Shown here: one piece after another, positions 23,695 to 34,156 of the stretch
Layout of the letters: each line of letters begins with the position of its first letter
Numbering within the stretch: the stretch's first letter is position 1
Source of the DNA: Basidiobolus ranarum
Taxonomy: Eukaryota
Length of the DNA: 34,156 nucleotides
Assembly: GCA_040143965.1 (NCBI GenBank)
Contig: JASJQH010006943.1
Span: forward strand, 1 to 34,156
Reading direction: 5' to 3'
The notes under the pieces: generated by a model
What the model saw: the letters and a program-made list of their open reading frames with translations, nothing else
The model's database searches: none
What the model was told of the DNA's origin: nothing
Program-made: the position numbers and the translations under genes

Positions 23695-24150
23695 ATGATG
23701 AAATCTTTTGTCTTTCTCTTTGCATCACTCGCTTCGGCCTTATCTTTAAGTCCACATCTCCATAATCATGAGATTCTAAAGGTTCAGAATCCGATTGGCT
23801 TCATGGAGCCTGCTGAAGTTCAAGAATATCTTAGCGTGTATGCACCTGACTGTATAAAGACAGTTAATGCTGGTGCCGCAACTGTTCTGAACGCAATCTA
23901 CGAACAGGAATGTGCCCTGATCACTTTTTCCTCAGGAGTGATCACCCGTGACTACAAATAAAACTGTTGCGGAGCCAGTGCATGGATACGGATCAATCTT
24001 GCTGACTGGGAGATGCTTCGGAGTGATGAAAAATTGGATGGCCTTAGATACCAGCGTGTAACTGCCAAGGACAATACTTACTCCATAGACTTCAGGAAAA
24101 TGACTGGGAAAACTCCGGGAAGTATATCACCAGAAGAGTTCCTTCCTTAA
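23695..24150 (+). pseudogene. Small secreted protein gene interrupted by one in-frame TAA (23959-23961); 151 codons if read through
   Basis: Signal peptide MMKSFVFLFASLASA. After the TAA the same frame stays open for 62 codons (NCCGASAWIRINLADWEML...SPEEFLP) to TAA at 24148-24150, followed by an AT-rich 3' region. Confidence 0.6.
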
Positions 24151-24379
24151 GGATTGTGATTACACTTAGTGATGCACAAGTTTATATTGAAATTTTTAAA
24201 ATACACAATTGTATGCTAGGCTATATTTCTATTGCTTTCAATACATTTTCTATACATACAAATACAATATAGTACATGATTCAATTCTGCACATAATTGT
24301 ACCACAAAATTGCTCATTATTTGTTTGTATTAAGCTGATTAAAACTTATCTGCTACTGTAACATGAATTGGGCGATGCG

Positions 24380-24397
24380 ATATATATATATATATAT
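24380..24397. repeat. (AT)9 microsatellite
   Basis: ATATATATATATATATAT. Confidence 0.9.
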
Positions 24398-25093
24398 GAA
24401 GTGCTTCAACATTCCACTTTGGATGGTAAGCTGATGATGAATCAACTCTTAACCAGCTTAATGCTTACCCAATAACGATAGCTAATTAAAAACCAGCGAA
24501 TTTTAGGAAGTACTTCTCGTAATCACGCTTTAACCAGAGCAGAAGCAAAATAAAAGCTCTCATTTGAATGGATTCTATAGCTTACTACTAATGGTGGTAT
24601 AAATGAATGGATGAGCTTTGGTGGATGTCTCCTAGTGTAATAACAATGATATTTCTAGGACAAGGAATCCATGTCATCAATTAGGTTGGTTTCGGTATTT
24701 ATCCTCACCTTCAAGGGATTGAATCTCAACGAGCTGAGTTTTCAAACAGAATTCAGCCTAGGCAATTCTAGTTAGCAAACTACAAAACCTACAAATTCAG
24801 TAAAGAGAAAGGTATTTTGGTGATACTGGATTGCCTGTGTACAGTTATGTAATCCGAACCATCTATTTCCATTGATAGTGAAATATATTGATAGTGAGAT
24901 AGACAGTCAGCTTAGACCCTAACCTAATCTTCTCATTAGCTCTACAAAACTGGTGATGTTGAAAGGCTCTTCAAAATGATATTATATTCGGCTGCATATA
25001 TTAAAGATATTATTTCATCCGGCAATTGGGCCAGATTAAAGGATTGTCAGTCTGTGCACTAGTTCGGAATTTACTCACGTGATATATTTCTGG

Positions 25094-25108
25094 TAACCCT
25101 AACCCTAA
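25094..25108. repeat. Short interstitial telomere-type motif
   Basis: TAACCCTAACCCTAA, i.e. 2.5 TTAGGG units on the minus strand. Confidence 0.5.
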
Positions 25109-25505
25109 GTCATATAGTAAGCCATAATCTAACACAATATCGCTATTATCTATCTATCATCAGTAATATGAGAAATTGGAAGCATACTTATATAGCTCAT
25201 AGCTCGGTAGACAAATCTTTATGTTCAAATAGCTCACTGAAAGAGTACGTCGCTGGCAGTGAATGCTACAGGTCGAGCAAATACCTGAATTGATATTTAC
25301 CTGGCATTCATTAATGTAAAGAATCATATTTATTTGTAGAAATACTGTAGGTAATATATACCTTTCGCACTAATACTTCCTAATGGTATAGCAAGAGTTA
25401 TATTTGTTTGTGTGGGTTATTTCGGTGGATACAAATGTGATCTAGCAAGATAGCATGAAGTCTGAGGTGTACATTAATCATTCTGTGAATTGAATCAAGA
25501 GTAAA

Positions 25506-25940
25506 CTAAAATATACACATAACATCGGGGTCGGATGGCAGTACTTTGACCTTGTGTACTCCATAAACTGATGGACATTTAGTGGGTCGATTTTTCTTAC
25601 CCTCTTTCTGAGTATCAGTGAGGATCAAAGTGTCATTACCTATGAATCGACTAGTGATGGGGAAGAGTATTTCAATGAAGTTTCCCTGACTCTGGATGTC
25701 TACAGTGCTTATTTGATGAATCACAGCGCCACGGCGAGAGCCAGAAGGATACATCTCCACCTTCAAACCATTCACGGTGTTAATTTCGCGAGATGGAATA
25801 CGGAATTGTAACTTCATAGTACATCCAGCGTGAATCGTATTAGGCCCATCAATATCGACATTAGTGCGACAGATACTGGGAGGTGGCGCTGCAAAACCTA
25901 GACTCAGCATTGCGAGAGAAAGCAGAGTAGAAGCAAGCAT
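25506..25940 (-). CDS. Small secreted Cys-containing protein, paralogue 1 of 3 (144 aa)
   Basis: Signal peptide, 4 Cys conserved across the copies, high similarity to 26893-27330 and 28433-28867. TATAAAAA at 26023-26030. Confidence 0.88.
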   Translation of the reverse strand: MLASTLLSLAMLSLGFAAPPPSICRTNVDIDGPNTIHAGCTMKLQFRIPSREINTVNGLKVEMYPSGSRRGAVIHQISTVDIQSQGNFIEILFPITSRFIGNDTLILTDTQKEGKKNRPTKCPSVYGVHKVKVLPSDPDVMCIF

Positions 25941-26584
25941 TTCAAAAGTGACTTGGAGAGGATATTGAGCGATGCCGAAGTAGAGTAACTTGAGATATCG
26001 TTACAACATGAAAATAGAATCATTTTTATACGAGATTAGATGCGGGTCGAAAGACAGCGGTGGCACGTTGGAAGACATGCTGCACCCCAACTCTCTAGAA
26101 ACAGACTGAACTGGAACAAAAATGCTTGTCGAATACAGTACCAGCTGAAAGAAATTTTAATACCGGTTGTTCTCTATATCGAAGAGATGCATTCATGCCT
26201 CTGCATTTCATAGTATCTTCCATATGAAATTAGTTACCAAACTGAGATGACGCCGAGTAAATTTTGGAGAACAAATTAGCAACCAGCTTGCTATTTACCA
26301 ACAGGCTGATTACGGGAAATGTGTACAAACAATGTAATCCTTGCAAATAGATTAAGAAACCCACTTACTGATGTTACATTCATGGAATTTAAAGGCTGGT
26401 ACAGTGTACCAATAATGGAATGTGGATATGGTTGACTCAGATAGGCTATCTATATTCCTGTGGCTGCCCCAATTCCACGGCAAATAATAAATCTGAAACA
26501 TATGATCAGCAACAGATTTACGGGTTCAGTTGGCGTGAGACAATGATCATTTCGTTCAGGGTTAAGCACTGAGGGTCCATCACT

Positions 26585-26625
26585 AAGGAACATATCGTTG
26601 CCATCACAAGGAACATATCGTTGCC
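26585..26625. repeat. Perfect 18-bp direct repeat, two copies
   Basis: AAGGAACATATCGTTGCC at 26585-26602 and 26608-26625. Confidence 0.85.
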
Positions 26626-26892
26626 TTTGAGTCTTTTTACTAATTATGAGAAGTTCTGAATTCATACTTACAAATTTATCTCATTGTTATTGCAAGACAC
26701 TGTTCGACCACAAATGTTTAAAATGATTTAACGCTATCCTATAGCATAAGTTCGTAATCAATACTTTCAAAAATTTTCAAAGTTTTGATGATAGACAACC
26801 CCATGTAAATCATTCCTTTTATTGAAATAGTGTAAGAGGTTTTTTTATCTAAGATCTAAACCAACTATCCTCTATATGTATGTAAAGATAAG

Positions 26893-27330
26893 CTAAAACA
26901 TACACATAACATCGGGGCTAGATGGTAGCACTTGGAGCTTGTGAACTCCATAAACTGAAGGGCATTGAGTTGAAGATCCAATCTTGGCATCCTTTGGAGG
27001 GTTCCCAGTGAGAATCAAGGTATCATTACCTATGAATCGGCTGGTAATCGGGAACAGTATTTCGATAGCATCTTTCTGACTCTGGATATCTACAGTGCTT
27101 ACTTGATGTACCACAACGCCACGACGGGAACCAGAGGGATACATCTCCACCTTCAAACCATTGATGGTGTTAATTTGACGAGATGGAATGAGGAATTGTA
27201 GCTTTATAGTGCATCCAGCGTGAATCATATTAGGTCCATTGATGTCCACATTAGTAGCACAGTTTTTGGGAAGTGGCGCTGCAAGTCCCAGGCCGAGCAG
27301 TGTAAGTGAAATCAGAGAAGAAGCAAGCAT
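26893..27330 (-). CDS. Small secreted Cys-containing protein, paralogue 2 of 3 (145 aa)
   Basis: Same architecture: GPNxIHAGC, GSRRG, IEILFPI, FIGNDTLILT, CPSVYGVHK, PDVMC. TATATAAAAG at 27444-27453. Confidence 0.88.
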   Translation of the reverse strand: MLASSLISLTLLGLGLAAPLPKNCATNVDINGPNMIHAGCTIKLQFLIPSRQINTINGLKVEMYPSGSRRGVVVHQVSTVDIQSQKDAIEILFPITSRFIGNDTLILTGNPPKDAKIGSSTQCPSVYGVHKLQVLPSSPDVMCMF

Positions 27331-28432
27331 TTCGAGCGTATAACTTCAAGTGTTGATTAAAAGAAGATTGCGAAAGAGATTGATAGTAAGTAGTGGTACT
27401 ATGTATCAACTGATGATAGAGATACAGCCAGGAGTTCTCATTTCTTTTATATACAAATCACTTCGTTTAACCCCAGAAGCTCCGATACCATTCATATTAC
27501 GTTCTATATTGCGGAAAACATCCTCATTATGATTAGAATTGATCTTCTATTGATAAATGTGGTAACTACATTGTCTTTCCGTCTAGAACTCATCCAATAC
27601 CCCATTAAACAGACTATTTCATCTTCCATTCGAAATTGTTTGCTTCACTGGGTCGTAACCGGAAATTGGTTGGAGCAATACATATCAAATAACTTGTTGA
27701 CTGGTGTTCAAAATTTCGGGTATATAGTAACCAGAGAAGAATCATGGCTTTGAATATTCTTAATTTGAACAAGTGTTACTTTCTATTTTCTAATTACAGT
27801 GGTTGCTCTAGAGTGCGCACTGGCCATTTGTGGAATTGAAGGATGGAAGTGCAACAACACGCATAACTAAGTGCTTGATACGTACTTATATGCAATGGAG
27901 TACCCCAATGTGATGCCAAGTAACCAGAGACAATCGCTACAATCTGAAATATCTTTGCTGATGAGTTATTCCACGTAGAACACATATAATAATCTATTCT
28001 ATTTTAACAACAACTGGCAGTGAGGAATAATTCAAACATATTTGTCGTAGATAGATATTTCTAGTAAGCTCAGGAACTCGTAAATCATTAACTCCCCATT
28101 ACCTATCTTCTATGGCTTGATTGGGTCATAAGTGTACCTGATGCATCAAATAGCCTAGAGTTGGGTACTACAATGCCATCCTAGATAGATCCCGGTCCTC
28201 AGCATCTGGATTGGTGTAAATATTCTTCACGCCATTTCTCTTTTTAACAGTCACCACTAATGTTGCCTCCACAACTATAGTTTGATTGCAGGGATCATTG
28301 TTACAACTATACATATGACTGACATCCGGAAGTTTATTCAAGATAGTTTATGGTAAAAGTTATGTTTATTCGCATGATGTTAAAGACCGACATGGATGCG
28401 TTCTAGGGTGACAGAAATGCCTCTAAAACGCG

Positions 28433-28867
28433 TTAAAATATGCACATAACATCTGGGCTTGGTGGTAGCACCATAAGTTTGTGTACTCCGTACACTGATG
28501 GACATCCAGCTGGGCGGCTTGCTTTACCATTTTTCAGAGTATCAGTGAGGATCAAGGTGTCGTTGCCTATGAATCGACTAGCGATGGGGAAGAGTATTTC
28601 AATGGAGCCTTTCTGACTTTGAAGATCAACAGTATTCACTTGATGCACCACCACTCCACGGCGAGAACCAGCAGGATACAGCTCCAATTTCAAACCATTA
28701 ACAGTGCTAACTTCACGGGATGGAATACGGAATTGTAACTTCATGGTACATCCAGCATGAATCACGTTAGGTCCATTGATTTCTACATTAGTAGCACAGT
28801 TTTTGGGAAGTGGTGCTGAAAGTCCTACACTGAGTAAGGTAAGTGATAGAAGAGTAGATGCAAGCAT
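28433..28867 (-). CDS. Small secreted Cys-containing protein, paralogue 3 of 3 (144 aa)
   Basis: Same conserved motifs. TATATAAAAG at 28938-28947. Confidence 0.88.
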   Translation of the reverse strand: MLASTLLSLTLLSVGLSAPLPKNCATNVEINGPNVIHAGCTMKLQFRIPSREVSTVNGLKLELYPAGSRRGVVVHQVNTVDLQSQKGSIEILFPIASRFIGNDTLILTDTLKNGKASRPAGCPSVYGVHKLMVLPPSPDVMCIF

Positions 28868-29304
28868 ATTGAATAGGTATCTTGAAGTTTGGGAAAGGAT
28901 CTGATAATTTTACTTATGTAGTCAGCAAATGCGAGCACTTTTATATATGAATTTAGCAAATATTATTTGACCTGGGTGGCTCAGCTTGCTATTATGTATT
29001 AACGGAAATAGCATTCGAATTAGTCATTATTTTTATAAGTGTGATTGTTTGTTGCGTCAAAAAGACCATGGAAAATGCTTCACTGGGTTGTAACTGGTAT
29101 ATATTGGGGTTAATGCACCCAATAACCTGTTGAAAAACGAACTAGTGTCGAATACAAACAGATCCAGACCGTTTACATTTCTGGAGAGGCATACAAATTG
29201 TAACTTCACTCATTAATTTCCACGTTGGTTGTACAAGTATTGACTTCGCAGATTGCCTCAATTTAGACCAAATTTTACCACGCCGAATATTAGGATCAAG
29301 GCCG

Positions 29305-29340
29305 TATTTCCATTTCCATTTCCCTTTCCATTTCCATTTT
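29305..29340. repeat. (CATTTC)n hexamer microsatellite, ~6 imperfect units
   Basis: TATTTC CATTTC CATTTC CCTTTC CATTTC CATTTT. Confidence 0.8.
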
Positions 29341-30337
29341 TGATACGCTGTACCCATTTCTATCCTCTACGTGCCATGGCTAAGTATTTCTTCAATGATT
29401 TTACTTTCGATCGATGTGAGCCATTTAATATCTGATGGAAGTTATAGAAGAACAGAGAATGGGGTGCTTTTGCTTTCAGCTGTTCTTTCCCTCGTCACCA
29501 TTATAATAAGTTGTAATCCATAGCCAATCTCTACTTGGCATTTCTCATACCATACAAGATACGTGTGCCTAGGCTCAGGAAGGTTTCCATAAACATGATC
29601 ACATTTGCATTTTGTGTCTTTATCATAAGTTCAATGCTATATAACGAAAATGAACTCATTTGTCATTTTCTTCCACTCAAAGACCCACATGGTGAAGAGA
29701 AGACTCAAATAGGTCATCACTCACTATACCCTTACTTCCAGACTGAGGGATTCTATTGCGGTGCAGGACTTAGTGGAGTTAGTGAAGTTGTAATGCACCT
29801 CAAGGTTGCCGACCAGACTATTCCCTGTTGGGAACAAGAAGGTACATTATCCGCTTAACATTCAAATATGTTTCAATTAATTCCTTCAATAAATATACCG
29901 TTCTGAGTTCTATCGTTGATAATCGAAGTGATATCCTTGATAAACAAGCAGATATCAGTTACTTCTGCGGTATTTCTTACCAAGACAGTGGCCGTGAAAA
30001 AGTGTGATAACAAAGTAAAATAGCTATAGATACACCAGAACTGGACAGTAGTGATCACGTATGGCTGAGTATTTCCCTCTATTTTTACACTCCTTCTCAG
30101 TGCTATTTTCCAATGATGATGGCTAAGATGCAGCAACATTTCAATGAGTTATCCTCGCATTGACAGTACCTAATAGTAAGATTTGAGAATAGATAAGCGG
30201 CTCTAAGCTACGAAAAATAACTGACCACGTGCTTTCAGGCTTAGTTACGAAAAATCGCCATCGACAACGATTATACGTAAGGTGGCTTGGTCGGAATAAA
30301 GTCAAAAAATAATTCACTACACAAGCCACCCTTCTTG

Positions 30338-30345
30338 TATAAAAA
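30338..30345 (+). promoter_or_regulatory. Probable TATA box of the repeat-protein gene
   Basis: TATAAAAA ~80 nt upstream of ATG 30426, similar to the spacing at the three secreted paralogues. Confidence 0.55.
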
Positions 30346-30425
30346 GCTTGCAGAAAAGCCAAAGATAGATACACTTGACTATCTTCTTAGCCATTGTAAA
30401 TCGCAAATAATTTTCACTATCTAAC

Positions 30426-31736
30426 ATGCCTTCCCAACAATCTACATCCGAAAATGTTCGCAAGTATCAAAGAGGCTTGAACAAAAGACGTGGTCAGCAA
30501 AACAACTCTCATTCTCGCTTTGGCCGCCAATATGATCAAGACGAGCAGGATAATGAGTACGAAAGAGGCTTCAATGGAGGTCATATCAAGCAAAACAACT
30601 CAAGCTCTGGATGTGGCCGTCAATAGAATCAAGACCCTCAGTTTATTGATGACTAGAGAGGTTTCCATGGAAGACATAGCCAGCCAAACAACTCTCGCTC
30701 TCGCTTTGGCCGTCAATACAATGAAGACGAGCAGGATAATGAGTACGAAAGAGGCTTCAATGGAAGACATAGCCAGCAAAACAACTCTCACTCTCGCTTT
30801 GGACGTCAATACGATCAAGACGAGCAGGATAATGAGTACAAGAGAGGCTTCAATGGAAGACGTGGTCAGCAAAACAACTCTCGCTCTCGCTTTGGCCGTC
30901 AATATGATGAAGATGAGCATGATAATGAATACGAGAGAGGCTTCAATGGAAGACGTGGTCAGCAAAACAACTCTCGCTCTCGCTTTGGTCGTCAGTTTGG
31001 TCAAGAAGAGCAGGATAATGAGTACGAGAGAGGCTTCAATGGAAGACACGGTCAACAAAACAATTCTCGCTCTCGCTTTGGTCGTCGATATGATCAAGAC
31101 AAACAGGACAATGAGTATGAGAGAGGCTTCAATGGAAGACATAGCCAGCAAAACAACTCTCGCTCTCGCTTTGGACGTCAATATGATCAAGACGAACAGG
31201 ATAATGAGTACAAGAGAGGCTTCAATGGAAGACGTGGTCAGCAAAACAACTCTCGCTCTCGCTTTGGCCGTCAATATGATGAAGACGAACAGGATAATGA
31301 ATACGAGAGAGGCTTCTACGGAAGACGTGGCCAACAAAATAACTCTAGTTCTGGCTTTGGTCGTCAGTATGGTCAAGACGAGCAGGATAATGAATACGAA
31401 AGAGGCTTCAATGGAAGACACCGTCAACAAAACAATTCTCGTTCTCGCTTTGGTCGTCAATATGATCAAGACGAACAGGACAATGAATATGAAAGAGGTT
31501 TCAACGGAAGACGTAGCCAGCAAAACGACTCTCGCTTTGATCGTCAATATGAACAAGATGAGCAAGACAGTGAATACGAAAGAGGTTTCTTCGGAAGACA
31601 TGGTCAACAAAATAATTCTCGCACCCGCTTTGGCCGTCAATATGGCCAAGATGAAGAAGAAAATGAATACGAGAGAGGCTTCAATGGAACACGTGGTCAG
31701 CAAAGAAATTCTCGCCTTGGTCGTCGTTACGAGTAA
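30426..31736 (+). pseudogene. Low-complexity 31-aa tandem-repeat protein (RGFNGRRGQQNNSRSRFGRQYDQDEQDNEYE)n, 436 codons, interrupted by TAG at 30624-30626 and 30654-30656
   Basis: ATG in AACATG context below a TATA box. Many inter-repeat differences fall on third codon positions of this frame (TAT/TAC, GAA/GAG, GGC/GGT/GGA, AAC/AAT). The frame closes with TAA exactly where the array ends. Confidence 0.7.
30471..31736 (+). repeat. 93-bp tandem array: 13 complete units (one 87 bp) plus one partial
   Basis: Unit starts at 30471, 30564, 30657, 30750, 30843, 30936, 31029, 31122, 31215, 31308, 31401, 31494, 31581 and 31674. Confidence 0.95.
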
Positions 31737-32340
31737 ATTATTGGTATCATGTAAAATTCTTGACATTCAATTTTAGTGTTAAGTGCTTTATCATGGTTTA
31801 AAAATTTCACCTATTTTAACTTTGCTAGTATTTTGGTTTTAACTACCCCCAATAAATACAAGCCGGATAATGCTTCAAAATTATGTATTGATATCATCGG
31901 AAAAGGTTATGCATGTTGTTTACGAATGAGTCCATATCTATTAACGCTTATATTGTGGGCGGTAGATTGCATCACTTAGTAGAGCTCTTATTCGTTTGTT
32001 AGGATACTACAACATACCTCGAGACTTTTATCAAGTTTTTACTACGTCATCACTGAGCATGAGACGAGCAGTATAGGAAGAATAAGTTGCTGATAAAGAA
32101 TACTGATTACACATCTTGCCAAACTAGACCTGACAGCTTGTGAAGATCAAGCCGGTCGGAACTGGTGAACCGGGTTCACTATAAAGGAGTCGAATAGGAC
32201 AGGATCCTCAAGCTTGATCTTAGAGTGTATAGTAACAATCATGCTAATAACTATGCTCTTTTATACAGACCCGAATCGCCTAGGGCAGGTTCGTTTTCAC
32301 AGGCCAAAAGGAAGAAAGTTTGCTCCAACTCTTTATGCCG

Positions 32341-34156
32341 CCAAACATAAAATTTAGTATATCTCTACATGCCCAAGTCTTATTTTTAAGTTTCAATGAT
32401 CCCAGATGTGTTAGTGTAAGACTTTAGTTGCACTAACTTTTGTTCTCAATATCAAAGATTTAGGTGCCACCTCATTCCATTCAATCAGCTTGTGTACCAT
32501 TTGTCAAGCTGTTGGAGATAATTCTTTGAATTGAACTCATTTTAGAGCATATATTTGCAGCTATCACGGATGCAGTACATAGCCTCTTCAAGTTTTCTTT
32601 CTGTGACCAACATTCATTGTAGCCAACTTCTAGCAAACTAACATAGGTGAGGATAAAATATTGCCTCAGATGTCACTTTCAATGCAATTATAGCTGAAGC
32701 AGAGTACTTTCTAGATAAGTACACAATCAGAAAAGCATTCAATTTGAAAATACATAAATACAAACTTTTATTTCTTGTGTAAACAACTATCCAATTTTGA
32801 AATGGAGCCATGAACCCTGACAGAAATTTGAGAATCAATATTGTCCAAAAGTTGTCACAAATTTAATCCCTTTTCTCATGCCATCTAGATACCATCATAA
32901 AATTGTCAAGCTATTTTTAAATTTAATCAAATTTTTTACTCTGAGTATTAAAAATCTTAGATCTTGTAAAATAGTTGCTCATCATTGGTGAAAACAATGG
33001 ATAACACAGGAACTAGCAATGTGTGAAAAACTTAACTCAAATTTCTTGCTGTGAATTCTCAAATTTCTGTCTTATATTCTCCTGAATACTACAATAAACT
33101 GCTTCATATTCTAAGTTTAGTCCATACCTAACACAACATTGCATCAATAATATCATCAAACACCACCATTACAATATTGTAGTAATGCTGATGTTCTTTC
33201 AGTTATCAGATGGGTGCTCTGCAACCTGGTCCCTCTTTCCATTAAGTTCTTCCTAGATATCTGCATGGTCAACACCCAAATTAATATCAAGTTGAAAACT
33301 ATTCTTGAGAAGCAACTCACTGCATAATTTTGCTGTGTTTATCCCTACAAACTTTTCAAAGTATTCTCTAAGTATTCTTCTATATATCATATGCCCTTCC
33401 AGCTTGATACTACTCACCTTAATTGACAGTGTTTCAGTGGCATTTTGCTTGCTTTTATGCTTACTGCTATATCAACACTGTGAAAAGTCCTAGTTGAGGT
33501 TAGAGAGCTACAAAGCTTAAATGCTGGTGTTTTAACTAGTTGAGATGGCACAGTTGTTGGATAAAATTTTATCCTTGAACTCTTTGGACTAGTGTGCTTT
33601 GTTGCATACTAAGATCAAGTCTTTTCAATGGCAGCTCTGAAAATGTACTGAACTCTGACAGTTTCTTTCTTAGATTCAGTGTTGAGAAGTTTGCAAGTGG
33701 CTTGGTAACTCAAGCACACTCTATCTGTCATGTTTCTGATCTTGGCACACTGATCCACTGCAAATAGAACTCTTCTATTATTAGATTATGACATCACATC
33801 TGCCATACCACTGCTTCTCAACATTCTTATGTTAGTTCATCCAAGTTACCTTATATGGAAGTCATGTTCTTTGGAATATTCCATGAAACCTAACCCATCA
33901 TGTCAGCCCACACATAGTGTATTTCCGCCAAGACCTACCATGTAAGGTCACCTGATCATTCTTACATCATCCTTACATCATCCCTCTTTGTATTGGTCCT
34001 TGTAGTCCCCAACACCACAACACTTGAACTTGCCACAGTATATTCTCTATTCAGTATATTATGTTTCACCCTGCAATATCTATATAAGCCCCATGTATTC
34101 CTTCATCAGACATCAGTCTGATCAACACCAGTTATCAATAAAGATTCTTGCCAAAG
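32341..34156. other. CpG-depleted, decayed region; probable silenced transposon or pseudogene relic of unidentified family
   Basis: I count only 2 CpG (32567, 33926) in ~1.8 kb. One minus-strand frame has long protein-like runs broken by stops. Confidence 0.5.

Noticed and set aside
29931-29939. ATATCCTTG as a third AT-AC donor
   Set aside because: No U12 branch site nearby and no supportable host gene.
29535-30139. 107-aa and 88-aa ORFs as genes
   Set aside because: No recognisable motif or consistent exon chain, and the 107-aa ORF starts at TTG. At most a gene remnant.
23959-30656. Stop-codon reassignment explaining the internal TAA and TAG codons
   Set aside because: TAA, TAG and TGA all terminate conserved genes here. 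The two TAGs replace different residues (Tyr and Glu positions).
30471-31736. Array as CRISPR-like or non-coding satellite
   Set aside because: There are no unique spacers, unit length and the single indel are multiples of 3, and variation is biased to third codon positions.
1-34156. tRNA, rRNA, snRNA or snoRNA genes
   Set aside because: None recognisable by eye. A covariance-model search would be needed to exclude them.

Overview
Eukaryotic, fungal, AT-rich genomic DNA. Short GT-AG introns, an eEF3 gene and two U12-type AT-AC introns point to an early-diverging (non-Dikarya) fungus; the lineage is my inference. The left half (~0.5-17 kb) is a compact, intron-rich housekeeping block: QCR8, PAM17, NDUFAF5, a 7TM GPCR-like protein, a two-ring CDC48/AFG2-family AAA ATPase, the mRNA guanylyltransferase CEG1, a GPI-anchored cell-surface protein, a coiled-coil protein with a dynein-adaptor-like CC1 box, and ESS2/DGCR14. 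The right half (~19-34 kb) looks accessory and its intact genes are intronless: eEF3, a stop-interrupted secreted protein, three tandem paralogous small secreted proteins, a 93-bp tandem-repeat gene whose likely true frame is interrupted by two TAGs, and a nearly CpG-free decayed terminal region. The strongest signal is two independent minor-spliceosome AT-AC introns (8094-8160 and 15798-15869). Each has an ATATCCTTT donor and a CCTTRAC branch site, and each is needed to restore its host reading frame. All exon structures were derived by hand from splice signals and frame continuity; no searches were run.
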